Positions 51,101 through 61,500 are shown, counted from the stretch's first letter. The stretch: DNA of 64,000 nucleotides from Thermodesulfobacteriota bacterium (GCA_049320885.1 JBMORA010000032.1:32001-96000); one strand, 5' to 3'. Notes: a model not told the origin generated them from the letters alone. Translations and numbers: made by a program.

Positions 51101-53419
51101 AAGGCACAGGGCATATTGCCGCCGCCAGCCGTCGGGCCCCAGCAGGGAAATGCCGATGGAAAAATATCGCTGCGCCGCGTCGTAAGCCGCCGCTGTCTTG
51201 GCGTTTTTCCCTGCCCGGAGATTGAGTCCGGCCAGCTCATCCCGCTCCTGCTGATCGGTCATCAGGCTCATTCCCAGGTTCAGCTGGCCCACGGTCTGGA
51301 AAACCGCGTCCGCGGAGTCTTCAACCGGAAGTTTTTTCAGCAGCAACCGTCCGATACGGTAGTGCAGTCCGGGCTTGCGTTCTTCCGGGATCAAGCCGTA
51401 AGCCACTTCCAGGATGCGGTCATGGTGAAACACGCAAACGCCGTCCAGGTTGTCGATAAGACCCTCCCGGGCCGCCTCGTCCAGGAGTTGTGCGGTTTCA
51501 TCCCCGGGACGATCAAGGGCCGCGGCGACGGTTTCCACGTCAAACCGGTAACCGATGCAGGCGCAGATGGTCAGGGCCTCTTTGACTTCCTTGCGCAGGT
51601 TGGAGATATTCGTGACCATCAAGTCGATAACGTTATCCGTCACCCGTTTCCGGCGGATCAGTTCCAGATCCCATTGCCAGCCGTTCACCGGGTCGATGGT
51701 CATAAGCCCTTCCCGGTACAGTAGTTGGATAAACTGCTGAATGAAAAACGGGTTGCCATATGTCTTGCCGTAAATCAAACCGGCGAGCGGCATCACGGAT
51801 TCCGCCGGACAACCCAGCAGGCGGGCGATCAGAGCGTCCACCTCCCTGGCGGGAAGCGGCCCCAGCCGGATCGGGGTCATCCGCGCGCCGCTCTGGAGGA
51901 TGTCGGCAATCAGGGCCGCGAGCGCCTCGATCTCATGGGCATGGTTGTTCCGGTAAGCGCCGATGAGCAGAAAATACGGCACGGCGCTGTCCATCAGGAG
52001 TTGCCGGATGAGCAGGAGGCTGGCGGGATCGGCCCATTGCAGATCGTCCAGGAACAGCACCAGGGGATGCGATTCCACGGCGAAGAGCCGCGTGAATGCG
52101 TTCATCACCGGATGGAACCGGTTCCGGATATCGGCCGGGTGCATCCGCGGAACCTCGGGGAAGTCGCCGACGATCAGCCGGATTTCCGGAAGTATCTCCT
52201 GGAGCACCGGCATGTCCGGACCCACGGCGGCGATGATTCGTTCCCGCAGTTCCCGGTCATGGCCGCCGCCTTCGGATATCAGCCGCCGCAACAGGGCCTG
52301 GAAGGCCTGAACAATGGCGCCGCAGGGTATGTCGCGCCGGAAGGGTTCGAATTTGCCCCATAGGAACAAGCCGCCGCGCTGGATGACCTCCCGCTGCCAT
52401 TCCATCACCAGCTTCGACTTGCCGATTCCGGGAGGGCCGGATATGAAGACCGACTCACAGCGCCCTTGGAGAGCCCCTTCAAGGGCCTGCCGGATGGAGG
52501 CGGTTTCCTCCCCGCGGCCGACCATGTCCGGTGGTTCTCCGAAGCGGACGGCAATGTCTTCAGCACCCAGCCGGAAGGGCGCCGCGCTTCCGTTTTTTTG
52601 GAGGGCCGCGAGACATTTTCTCAAATCCGCCGCCAGCCCTTGGCTGCTCTGGTACCGGTCCTCGGGAGCCTTTGAAATCAGTTTCATGATCAGGTCCGAA
52701 ACAACGGGCGGGACCGAGTTTTGCAGTTTGACCGGCGGCGGCGGTTTCCGGGCCAGATGGGCGTGAATGATTTCCACCGGATCGCTGGAAAGAAAAGGCG
52801 GCGCGCCGGTCAGGATTTCATACAGCAGAATCCCCAGGGAATAAAAATCCGTCCGGTGATCCACCTTGCGGTTCATCCGTCCGGTCTGTTCCGGAGACAG
52901 GTAGGGCAGAATCCGTCGGATCACTTCCGGATGGTAGATATCCTCCATCTCATGGGTCAGGATATCCAGAAAGCCCAGGGGCAGCAGGCGGACCCCGTCC
53001 CGTCGGCTGTTGACATACACGTATTCCGGCCGGACAGCGCCATGGACGATATGGTTGCCGTGCAGCCGGCCGAGAACGGCGGAAAAGGACAGGGCCAGCC
53101 GCAGGGTGATGTCCGGGCCCGGCGGCCCCTGTTCCAGGAGGGCGGTAAGCGGAATTCCGCCGAAATCTTCCAGGATGAGCGCATAGCCGTTTTCGTGGTG
53201 CCGGACTTCCAGGATTCGAATCAGCTCCGGGGCGGCGGTTCCCTGCAACGCACCGGCGATCTGCTGGAAACGCATTCTCTCCGCAGCCGAGGGCCCCGGG
53301 GCTTTCAGGATGGCGGCGATCCGTTTTTCCGGCTCGCCCGGTTTTTCCACCCGCAACAATTTTTTGAAGCGGGAGTCTTCCACGACATCGAGAATGTCAT
53401 ATCCGGAAATCCGCTTCAT
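48146..53419 (-). CDS. Multidomain sensor paralog: Ser/Thr kinase-like + AAA ATPase + helical repeats + GAF + histidine kinase (no PAS)
   Basis: YLSPEQTGR, GPPGIGKS, FLDDLQWAD, LYLEN, AHEINTPLG, GTGLG. ATG 53419 overlaps the upstream stop (ATGA). Confidence 0.92.
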   Translation of the reverse strand: MKRISGYDILDVVEDSRFKKLLRVEKPGEPEKRIAAILKAPGPSAAERMRFQQIAGALQGTAAPELIRILEVRHHENGYALILEDFGGIPLTALLEQGPPGPDITLRLALSFSAVLGRLHGNHIVHGAVRPEYVYVNSRRDGVRLLPLGFLDILTHEMEDIYHPEVIRRILPYLSPEQTGRMNRKVDHRTDFYSLGILLYEILTGAPPFLSSDPVEIIHAHLARKPPPPVKLQNSVPPVVSDLIMKLISKAPEDRYQSSQGLAADLRKCLAALQKNGSAAPFRLGAEDIAVRFGEPPDMVGRGEETASIRQALEGALQGRCESVFISGPPGIGKSKLVMEWQREVIQRGGLFLWGKFEPFRRDIPCGAIVQAFQALLRRLISEGGGHDRELRERIIAAVGPDMPVLQEILPEIRLIVGDFPEVPRMHPADIRNRFHPVMNAFTRLFAVESHPLVLFLDDLQWADPASLLLIRQLLMDSAVPYFLLIGAYRNNHAHEIEALAALIADILQSGARMTPIRLGPLPAREVDALIARLLGCPAESVMPLAGLIYGKTYGNPFFIQQFIQLLYREGLMTIDPVNGWQWDLELIRRKRVTDNVIDLMVTNISNLRKEVKEALTICACIGYRFDVETVAAALDRPGDETAQLLDEAAREGLIDNLDGVCVFHHDRILEVAYGLIPEERKPGLHYRIGRLLLKKLPVEDSADAVFQTVGQLNLGMSLMTDQQERDELAGLNLRAGKNAKTAAAYDAAQRYFSIGISLLGPDGWRRQYALCLSLFDEAAETAYLSTAYEKLERFTAETIRRARCLEDTIRACEVCIRSSMARNRLKEAVETGLQLLSRMGVRFPEKPSVRSVFSGLLHTRLALYGKTIEELADKPRMTDAGLLAMLRIMESISTAVYYSRPSLLPLLVTKMTRLSIRYGISPGSPYHYAAYGLILCSAGNIEAGFRFGQLAMALQGRLKTSVHPAKTGLVVNGFILHWKIHAENGLPQLLAVYRTGIGSGDSEFAAHALMLYCWSAFQVRMNLEEIDLEIEGHVETLRSMKQESQLQLALMCRQTVQNLLRAEKTPGRLNGDVYSEDRMLPRHEEAGDRTAVCSLQFAKLFLNYLHGAYGQAVCCAEKGARDLHSLNGLLVYANFHFYEALARLALVDAAPLAGGRSVPKQVGRIRKRLRHWARHAPMNFQHKYDLVTAEFLRVRGRNQRAEEKYRQAIEGAHHNEFLHEEALALELAAKFHRSRGTHSLADIYMAAARDKYAQWGATAKARQLESAYPDIFMRPLPPHSAVLPGSLDYMTVVKALQAISTEIILEQLIEKLLTIMLEIAGADRAVFLIVKEDRFLYEAERRIMDETAPHGGGTVIRREMGEPSGPLLMPAILQVKRTGTFLLIDDAGGHPLYSADPYIQKHRPRSILCLPVIRQGKLIGLLYLENSETAGVFQGERVGILQLLSSQAAISLENALLYQNLLEAEEKVQQLNADLEQRVIRRTAELRESLEALQNAQHQLVQSEKMAALGGLVAGIAHEINTPLGIGVTAATFLRDKTENYVRKFTRGELSAADFRKYADTAMEAASIIHTNLNRAGELINSFKNVAVDQTHEEKRDFRLITCIEDILNSLRPKLKKTAHRVKVDCPENLKINSYPGVLSQIITNLVMNSLLHGFDGMPAGEIVLAVREEEMSLVMEYRDNGRGMNRETLGKIFDPFFTTKRNQGGTGLGMHILYNLVTQSLKGDIQVKSEPNQGVDIVIRFPRGESPPAARKAAG

Positions 53420-54219
53420 GTTGAACCGGCAACCGGCCGGAACTGGGCGATCTGCCGCGAAACCGCCGCCAGTTCGCCGCTTTGATCCCACACTTCGCCG
53501 TCTTCCTCCACCAGGCCGCAGTTGATGAAGCGGCTGCGGAAGATGCAGCGCAGCCATTTTTCCCGGGGAATGTTGCGGACGCTCACGGAAAACTCGATGG
53601 TCGGCACCCAGGCCACCGCGCCGTGGCTGGATAATACCGGGGGGGGAAAGGCGTCGGCGGCCAGCACCAAGCCGGTCAGGTCAAAGGGACGGTCCTGCTT
53701 GAACCGGATCCAGCCTTTGTGTTCGGATTTTTCCGCCAGGGGTTTCCCCTGAAGCCATCCGGCGCAGGCCGGATCCAGGCGCACGTCCATCTGGTCGAAG
53801 ACCGTGTATCCGGGCATGGGGGGAATCGGAAAACAGTCCATGGGCGCCGGAAGTTCCGGCGGGCCGCTTTCATAGCGTGTCGGGGGACAGGCGTCGCCGG
53901 CCGCGGCGAACGTGCCCAGGGCGCGGATTTTTTCCCGACCGTCCTGGAGCAGTCTCACCTGCAGGCGGTCGAACTGGCTCGACCGGACGATTTCCTCCAC
54001 CAGCAGGAGGGCCTCCCCCGGTTTGCAGCGCGAGATGTAATTGGCCGTCAGGATCGGGGTCGCCTTTTTCCCGGCCTGCTCCAGCATGGCCTGGGCGATC
54101 AGGGCCAGGAGATATCCACCGTTGGCGATCCCGTTGATGGACCAGTTGTCGCTCACCCTGACGCGGTACGCGCGGTCTTCCATCCTTGTCAACATCAGGT
54201 CTTGGTCAAATAGGTGCAT
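53416..54219 (-). CDS. Acyl-CoA thioesterase family (double hot-dog fold)
   Basis: WSING..NGGY, ADAFPP, WVPTIE, EEDGEVWD..G.L.A.SRQ. GAGGA RBS. Confidence 0.88.
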   Translation of the reverse strand: MHLFDQDLMLTRMEDRAYRVRVSDNWSINGIANGGYLLALIAQAMLEQAGKKATPILTANYISRCKPGEALLLVEEIVRSSQFDRLQVRLLQDGREKIRALGTFAAAGDACPPTRYESGPPELPAPMDCFPIPPMPGYTVFDQMDVRLDPACAGWLQGKPLAEKSEHKGWIRFKQDRPFDLTGLVLAADAFPPPVLSSHGAVAWVPTIEFSVSVRNIPREKWLRCIFRSRFINCGLVEEDGEVWDQSGELAAVSRQIAQFRPVAGST

Positions 54220-54408
54220 GGCTTTCCTCTCGGATTTTCCTCTCCGCGAATTCGGTTTCAGCGGTTTTTCTTTTATCGGTTTACCCGTCGGGCGGCAAGG
54301 AATATTTCCTCCCGTACCCATTCATAAAGGCGGTCGCCGGGGTCCTGCGCCATGTCGGTCGGCTCCCGGAAGGATCGTCACCGGAGCTGCCTGGAAATCT
54401 GCGCGAAC

Positions 54409-54437
54409 TTGACACCCTATCCGCGCCCTCTTATATT
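54409..54437 (+). promoter_or_regulatory. Sigma70 promoter for the mini-ORF/moxR operon
   Basis: TTGACA (54409-14), 17 nt, TATATT (54432-37). Confidence 0.7.
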
Positions 54438-54502
54438 ATGTCGGATAACGGAAGATCCAATGGCCCTGTCTCCTGACCCCAACCTCCGGGAGGAAAAATC
54501 CC

Positions 54503-54586
54503 ATGAAAAAAACCGTGCTGTTCGTATTCGATGGCGACCCCATGTGTTTCATTCGGGAGCAGGACTACGAGGTGATCACGCTTTGA
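54503..54586 (+). pseudogene. 27-aa ORF, probable internally deleted DsrE-family gene
   Basis: GGAGG RBS, then MKKTVLFVFDGDPMCFIREQDYEVITL*. The first 17 aa resemble the N-terminus and the last ~8 aa the C-terminus of small DsrE-like proteins of sulfate reducers (from memory). Confidence 0.6.
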
Positions 54587-54588
54587 AC

Positions 54589-55503
54589 ATGGAAACCCGA
54601 TTCACAACCGTTGTCCGGCAGATCGGCGAAATTGTTCTGGGCAAGGAAGACCAGATCCGCCTGGCCCTGACCTGCCTGTTCGCCAGGGGGCACCTGCTGA
54701 TCGAGGATCTGCCGGGCATCGGAAAAACGACGCTGGCCAAGGTGCTGGCCAGATGTCTGGGGCTTGATTTCCAGCGCATCCAATTTACCAGCGACCTGCT
54801 GCCGGGGGACATCCTCGGGACATCGGTGTTCGAGCAGAAAAGCGGCTCCTTTCATTTTTATCCCGGCCCGATCTTCTCCCAGGTGCTGCTGGCCGATGAA
54901 ATCAACCGCGCCACGCCCAAGACCCAGAGCGCCCTGCTGGAAGCCATGGAGGAGAGCCAGGTGACCATCGAGGGTCAAACCCGGCGCCTCAAAGCCCCCT
55001 TCTTTGTGATCGCCACCCAGAATCCCATGGAGCACTCGGGCACCTATCCCCTGCCCGAATCCCAGCTGGACCGCTTTCTGATGCGCATCGAAATCGGTTA
55101 TCCGGACCGCAACGCCGAGCGGGAGCTGCTCACGGGGGGGGACGGCAAGGAACGGATCAATGCAATGAGCGCCTGCCTGTGTCAGGAGGAAGTGCTGGAA
55201 ATCCAGCAGCGCGTCACCAATGTCCATGCCTCCGGGGCCTTTCTGGAATATCTCCAGGATCTGCTGGACTTCACGCGGGTCCGGGACCATTTTCACATGG
55301 GGCTGTCCCCCCGGGCCGGACTGGCCCTGCTCCAGGCGTCCAAATCCTGGGCCTGCCTGCATGGACGGAACCACACACTGCCGGAAGACCTGCAGAAAAT
55401 CCTGCCGGTTGTGGCCGGTCACCGCCTGCGGTCCCGGGAAACCCTGGGAGAGATCCCCCCGGAACGCCTGACGGCCCTGTTCGCGGAAGTCCCCGTTCCA
55501 TGA
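54589..55503 (+). CDS. MoxR-family AAA+ ATPase
   Basis: HLLIEDLPGIGKT, RIQFTSDLLPGD, ADEINRATPKTQSALLEAM, ATQNP, LPESQLDRF. Confidence 0.95.
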   Translation: METRFTTVVRQIGEIVLGKEDQIRLALTCLFARGHLLIEDLPGIGKTTLAKVLARCLGLDFQRIQFTSDLLPGDILGTSVFEQKSGSFHFYPGPIFSQVLLADEINRATPKTQSALLEAMEESQVTIEGQTRRLKAPFFVIATQNPMEHSGTYPLPESQLDRFLMRIEIGYPDRNAERELLTGGDGKERINAMSACLCQEEVLEIQQRVTNVHASGAFLEYLQDLLDFTRVRDHFHMGLSPRAGLALLQASKSWACLHGRNHTLPEDLQKILPVVAGHRLRSRETLGEIPPERLTALFAEVPVP

Positions 55504-56444
55504 CGGAAAAGAGCCGGCCGCGGTCCTCGCCGACACCGCTTCCCCACCGGCTCGACCGGCGCAGGCTCTATATTCTGCCGACGCGTTACGGTCTTCTTTT
55601 CACGGTACTGCTGGCCGCCATGCTGGTCGGCTCCGTCAACTACAACAACAATCTCGGTTTCCTGCTGACCTTCCTGCTCGGCACCATGGGCCTGACGGCC
55701 ATGGTGCACACCTACCGGAACCTCGCCGGCCTGCGCATCCTGTCCGTTTCCGCCGCCCCGGTTTTTGCCGGCGACACCGCCGAGTTTCATCTGCGGGTGC
55801 GCCCGGAAGGCCGGAGCCGGAGTGCTCTCCGCTTCACCTTCGTTGATGCGGCCGCCCCCGGTCTTCTCGATGCGCCGCCATGGGCGGACGCGTCCGTCCG
55901 GCTGGCCCTGGCCGCTCCGGTCCGGGGGCTGCTGAAACCCGGGCGGCTGCGGGTATCGACCGTTTTCCCCGTGGGCCTGTTCGTCGCCTGGTATGAATGC
56001 CGGCCGGAAGCCGTCTGTCCTGTGTATCCCCGGCCGATTCCGGTTAACAGCCACAGGCTCGGCGGCTTCGAGGGCTCCGGCCGGAAAAGCGGCTCGGCCG
56101 GTAAGGGCGCGGAGGATTTCGAGGGCCTGAAAACGTATCAGCCTGGCGATCCCATCCGGCAGATTTCCTGGAAGACTTTTTCCCGTGGCAAGGGATTGTA
56201 TCGCAAGGCTTTCACCGGCCAGACCGGCGCCATTGCCGTGATCGACTGGCACGCCTTCCCGGATCAGCCCCTGGAACGCCGGCTGTCGATTCTTAGCGGC
56301 CTGGTGATGAGCGCCCATGCCGGGAAAACGGCGTATGCGCTGAACCTGCCAGGAAACCGGATTCCGGCGGGCAGCGGGGAGAGCCATAAACACAAATGCC
56401 TGCTGGCCCTGGCGGTTTTCGGTGAACCGGGGGAGAAGGCATGA
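55500..56444 (+). CDS. DUF58 domain protein
   Basis: YILPT..G, NYNNN, DFEGLK.YQPGD.IRQI.WK. ATGA coupling. Confidence 0.9.
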   Translation: MTEKSRPRSSPTPLPHRLDRRRLYILPTRYGLLFTVLLAAMLVGSVNYNNNLGFLLTFLLGTMGLTAMVHTYRNLAGLRILSVSAAPVFAGDTAEFHLRVRPEGRSRSALRFTFVDAAAPGLLDAPPWADASVRLALAAPVRGLLKPGRLRVSTVFPVGLFVAWYECRPEAVCPVYPRPIPVNSHRLGGFEGSGRKSGSAGKGAEDFEGLKTYQPGDPIRQISWKTFSRGKGLYRKAFTGQTGAIAVIDWHAFPDQPLERRLSILSGLVMSAHAGKTAYALNLPGNRIPAGSGESHKHKCLLALAVFGEPGEKA

Positions 56445-58414
56445 AGACGCGACCCGTCCGCCCGCCGGACAAGGATATCCGGCAGGTGATCGCCGCCCTG
56501 GTGGTGGCCCTGCTGCCCCACGGTTTGGGGCTGCCGCCCTGGATCGCGGTCTGGTGTGGCGCCGGCTGGGGTTACCGCCTGCTGGCGGATCGCCACAACT
56601 GGCCGCTGCCCTCCAGGAAACTGCGGCTGCTGCTGACCGCCGCCGGATTTCTTGGCGTTTTGCTCTCGGCCGGAACCCGTTTCGGGGCCGACAGCTATAT
56701 CGGGCTGATGGCCGTCATGGCGGCGCTCAAACCCTTTGAAATCGAATCCTATCGCGACAAAATCATCACCGTGTTGCTGGCCTATTTCATCGTCATCACC
56801 GGTTTGTTCGAATCCGAATCCCTGATCATCGTCGTTCATCTGTTCGGTTCGGTCTGGATAACCACCGCCGTTCTGATCCATATCCATTCATCCGGCGGCG
56901 CCTTGCGCCTGTCCGGCCGGATCATGCTCCAGGCCCTGCCCGTCATGCTGGTTCTCTTTTTCCTGTTCCCCCGTCTGCCGGGAAGTCTGTGGCGGGTCTC
57001 GCCGATCAAAACGGGCGGGAGCGGTTTTTCGGAATCCCTTTCCATCGGCGATGTGGCCCGTCTGGTCCAGGACGAGCGCACGGCGTTCACGGCGCGGTTC
57101 GACGAGCCCCCGCCGCCCGGGACCGACCTGTATTGGCGCGGCATCGTTTTCGATCGCTTCGACGGCCGGTCGTGGACCGCCGGCCGGGAACCGGTGGATC
57201 CCCTGCCCGCTCCCGCCGGAAAACGGACGGCGGCCTATACCGTCACCCTGCCGCCCCAGGGCCGCAGACATCTGTTCGTCCTCGATCTGCCGGTTACGGA
57301 GCCGCCCCTGACGCATGTCGCCGCCGGGTATACGCTGCAGGCCCGTTTCCCCATCCGCCGGAAATTTTACTACCGGGTCCTTTCCGAATTGACGGAAACC
57401 GCCGGGGCCGCTTCCCCGCCGCTCCTCCGATTCGTGACCTTGCCGGAAACCGGCAACCCCCAGGCCCGCGCGCTGGCCGGCCGTTGGGCCGCCGGGGCCG
57501 CCACGGACGAAGAGACCGTGCGTGCGGCGCTGAAATATTTCACGGCCAACGGCTTTGCCTATACCCTGAAACCGCCGGCGCTCGCCGCCGACCCCATCGA
57601 TCAATTCCTGTTCGAGACCCGCCGGGGATATTGCGAGCATTACGCCTGCGCCTTCGCCTTTCTCATGCGGGCCGCCGGCATCCCCGCCCGGATCGTGGGC
57701 GGCTACCTGGGCGGCGAGCCCAACCCGTATGGCCGCCTGCTCACCATCCGGCAGTCCGACGCCCATGCCTGGACGGAGGTCTGGCTCAAGGGCCGGGGCT
57801 GGGTGCGGATTGATCCCACCGCCGTGGTCGTCCCGGAACGCCTGTCCGGAGGGGTTTCCGCGGCCCTGCCGCCGGAGGAACTGCCGGGTTTCCTGGCCGT
57901 CGGCCGGTTCCGCCGTGGCGGCGGAATCTGGAGCGGTCTTCTCTATGCCTGGGAAGCGGCCAACAACCGCTGGGATATCTGGTTTTCGGGATATTCCCAC
58001 CTGCAGCAGCAGGCCCTGCTGGAATGGATGGGATTCACCGCCGGCTCCCAGGCCCGACGGATCGGACTATTGCTTCTGTTCCTCGGTCTGGCCGGGGCCG
58101 GAATCGCCGGCGCCTATTTCCTGCGACCCCGGCGGATTGTCACCGTCCCGGATCAGGCCCTGTCCGCTTACAACCGGTTTTGCCGGAAGCTGGCGCGGAT
58201 GGGGATCGAGAGGGCCCCATGCCAGGGACCCCGGGATTTCAGTGCGCTTGCGGCGGGACGGCACCCGCCGTTGAGGGAAGAGATCGCCGCCGTCACGGAA
58301 CTGTATATCCGGCTGCGCTACGATGAAAGCGGGAGCCCGGAGGAGTTGCGGCGGCTGAAATCCCTGGTCCGGCGTTTCCCCACAAAACCGGAAGATTTAT
58401 CATTGGATTCTTGA
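56441..58414 (+). CDS. TgpA-like membrane transglutaminase (DUF3488 + transglutaminase + DUF4129)
   Basis: N-terminal TMs, FPR, LYWRG, catalytic triad GYCEHYA / AHAWTE / IDPT. Confidence 0.9.
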   Translation: MKTRPVRPPDKDIRQVIAALVVALLPHGLGLPPWIAVWCGAGWGYRLLADRHNWPLPSRKLRLLLTAAGFLGVLLSAGTRFGADSYIGLMAVMAALKPFEIESYRDKIITVLLAYFIVITGLFESESLIIVVHLFGSVWITTAVLIHIHSSGGALRLSGRIMLQALPVMLVLFFLFPRLPGSLWRVSPIKTGGSGFSESLSIGDVARLVQDERTAFTARFDEPPPPGTDLYWRGIVFDRFDGRSWTAGREPVDPLPAPAGKRTAAYTVTLPPQGRRHLFVLDLPVTEPPLTHVAAGYTLQARFPIRRKFYYRVLSELTETAGAASPPLLRFVTLPETGNPQARALAGRWAAGAATDEETVRAALKYFTANGFAYTLKPPALAADPIDQFLFETRRGYCEHYACAFAFLMRAAGIPARIVGGYLGGEPNPYGRLLTIRQSDAHAWTEVWLKGRGWVRIDPTAVVVPERLSGGVSAALPPEELPGFLAVGRFRRGGGIWSGLLYAWEAANNRWDIWFSGYSHLQQQALLEWMGFTAGSQARRIGLLLLFLGLAGAGIAGAYFLRPRRIVTVPDQALSAYNRFCRKLARMGIERAPCQGPRDFSALAAGRHPPLREEIAAVTELYIRLRYDESGSPEELRRLKSLVRRFPTKPEDLSLDS

Positions 58415-58537
58415 TCGCCGTATGATAGAAAACGGCATTTCCACCCAATCCGATTTCCATTCAAACCTCTTGCCTGGCGGGCGTTATCCACAAGCGGATG
58501 GTTGGCGGAAAGGAATACCCGAAAAAGGAGACAGCGG

Positions 58538-61500
58538 ATGAGCCTGACGGTTGTCGTGCTGATGGGGGTGTTGTGGATCTGGCTGAGAACCAAGATGTCC
58601 CGGTTGGCGGATCAGGCCGGCAGGGATCACGAACGCCTGGAAGAGCTGCTGACCCGGGTCCAGGCCCTGGAACTCGCCTTGCGGGGTGGCGCGCTTCCGG
58701 CCCGGGAGGCCGGGCCGGAAGCGGCGGACACTCCCGGGGAGGAGTGGCCGGGGACGGCCGCTCCGGAACCGGAAACGGGAGAAAAATCATACCAGGAGAT
58801 GCCGGAATACGACTGGGAGACACCGGAGGAGGCTGTTGCCGCAACTCCGGCCCGCGAAAGCCGGCCGGAGGCGGAGACGGAGCAGGCGGGAAGCGCGGCG
58901 CCGGGAAGCGGGCGAGAACGTCCGGCCGTCAACTGGGAACAGTTCATGGGCGTGAAGTTGTTCGCCTGGCTGGGCGGAATCGCCCTGTTCCTGGGGGTCG
59001 CCTTTTTCATCAAGTATTCCTTCGAACACAACCTGATCAGTCCTCCGGTGCGGGTGGCCGGCGGAGTCCTCGTCGGGCTCGGCCTTTTGGCCGGCGGACT
59101 GCTGATGGACCGACGCCGGTACGCCATCACAGTCCAGACCCTTTGCGCCGCGGGCGTCCTGATCCTTTACGCCGATATTTTCGCCGCCTGTTCCTTCTAC
59201 CATCTGTTGCCCAATGCCGCGGCCTTCGCTTTGATGATTCTGATCACCTTCACGGCTTTTCTCTTGTCCCTGCGCCTGGACGCCCAGGCCGTGGCCATCA
59301 TCGGCATGCTGGGCGGCTTTCTGACGCCGCCGCTCCTGTCCACCGGCGAGGACCGGCCCCTGGCGCTGTTCAGCTATATCGCCATGCTGGACGCGGGCCT
59401 CATCGCCCTGGCGCTGATCAAGCGTTGGGGCCACCTGTGCCTGCTGGCCGCCGTCGCCACAATGGCCATGCAATTCGGCTGGGCGGAAAAATTTTTCCAG
59501 GCGGATAAAATCCATACGGCCCAGGGGGTGTTTATATTTTACACGGCCTTTTTCATCGCCGCCTTCTGGCATGCCCAGCGGAAGGATAGAATGGATCGAT
59601 TCATTTCCGCCGCCGCCTGCCTGCCGCCCGCGGCGGCCCTGCTTTTCAGTTTTTATCTGCTGGTCTATCCGTATCCGGAAATCGCCCGCCGCCCCTTTCA
59701 GGTTTTTTGCATGGCGCTGGCGGGTGACGCGGCCCTGCTGGTGGTCTCCTGGCACCGCTCCCGGATGCGCTGGGTCAATATGGCGGCGGGAACGGCGGTC
59801 TTCCTGCTGCTGACCGTCTGGATCGCCTCGTTCCTGTCCATGGAGCTGTTGAATCCGGCCCTGGTCCTGTGTCTGCTGTTCGCCATCCTGCACGGCGCCT
59901 ATCCGGTGGTACTGGAGCGCCTGAAACCGGCCGGATCGCCGGCCTGGTGGGGCCATGTCTTCGCCCCGGCGGCGCTGCTCCTCACCATGATCCCCCTCTT
60001 GACCTTCGAGGAGCCGACCATCGCCGTCTGGCTGGCTGTTTTGGTCCTCAACGCCCTGGCGGTGATGTTGGCCCTGGCCACCGCCGCGATCAGCGGCATC
60101 CTTGCGGTCCTGCTGATCACCGCGGCCCTGATTTTCTTCTGGGTCGCGGCTATCCCGGTATGGGTTGCCGGCCTATGGGAGATGCTGGTGGTGGTGGGCG
60201 CCTTCGCCGCCTTTTTTCTTGGGGTCAGCGCGTGGATCCTCCGGCGGGCGGGGCGCCCGGCAACGGAGGTTCAAATGGAGGCTGGGGCCACCTTCCCATT
60301 TCGGCGCAGCCGGTTTTCCGTGGATTTGTCCCGGCAGATACCGGCGGTTTCGGCGCTGCTGCCCTTCCTGCTGCTGATCATGGTGACCCTCAAGCAGACG
60401 CTGGCTGATCCGTCGCCGGTGTTCGGCCTGGCCCTGCTTCTGGGAATTCTGCTCTACGGCATTGTCTTGACGTGGCAGGCGGATTCTCTGGCCGTCGTGG
60501 GGCTGCTCGGGGTGGTCTGCCTGGAGCAGGCCTGGTTTGCCAACGGCTTTACCCCGGAGCGGGCCGCCCTGCCGCTGGCCTGGCTGGTGGCGTTTTACGC
60601 ATTGTTTTCCGGCTTTCCCTTTGGGTTTCAGAAGCGGATGGCAGGCCGGGTGGTTCCATGGGCCGCGGCGGCCCTGGCGGGGCCGTTGCAGTTTTTCTTC
60701 GTATACCGGCTGGTAAGGACCGCCTACATGAACCCCTATATGGGACTGCTGCCGGCCTTGTTCGCCCTGCCCTCCCTGCTGGCCCTGGTCCGGCTGATCA
60801 GAACCGTGCCCTTCGATACCCCGGAGGGAAGGCGGCTGTCGGCCCTCTTCGGCGGCGTGGCCCTGTTTTTCATCACGGCCGTTTTTCCCATCCAGTTCGA
60901 AAAGCAATGGATCACCATCGGCTGGGCCCTGGAAGGGGCGGCCCTCCTGTGGCTTTTCCGGCGCATCCCCCACCCGGGCCTGAAAATTGTGGGCGCGGCC
61001 CTGCTGACCGCGGCCTTCATCCGGCTGGCGCTGAACATAGAGGTGATTCAGTATCACCGGCGCTCGAACATACCCGTCTTCAACTGGTATTTGTACGCCT
61101 ACGGCCTGGTCAGCCTCTGTCTCTTCGCCGGGGCCCGGCTGCTGAGGCCGCCGGATCACCGCATCAAAAACGTGGACGTCCGGGCGGTGCTGTACGGCCT
61201 GGGAACAGTGCTGACCTTTCTGCTCCTCAATATCGAGATCGCCGATTATTTCAGCACCGGGCCTTACATCCGCTTCGAATTTTCCGGCAGTTTCGGCCGG
61301 GACATGACCTATTCCCTGGCCTGGGCCGTCTTCGCCTTTGTGCTGCTGGTGGTGGGCATCCGGCAAGGCCTGGCGGCGGTGCGTTACGCCGGCATCGGCC
61401 TGCTGGTGGTCACGCTCCTCAAATTGTTCCTGCACGATCTCTGGAGCCTGGGCGGCCTGTACCGCATCGGCGCCCTCATGGGCCTGGCGCTGGTATTGAT

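Noticed and set aside
42275..53419. Kinase-NTPase giants as anti-phage STAND (Avs-type) defence genes
   Set aside because: Their output is a GAF-histidine kinase, there is no nuclease or other effector, and the context is not a defence island.
58484..58492. Perfect DnaA box TTATCCACA
   Set aside because: A single 9-mer with no cluster, unwinding element or dnaA/dnaN context is compatible with chance in 64 kb.
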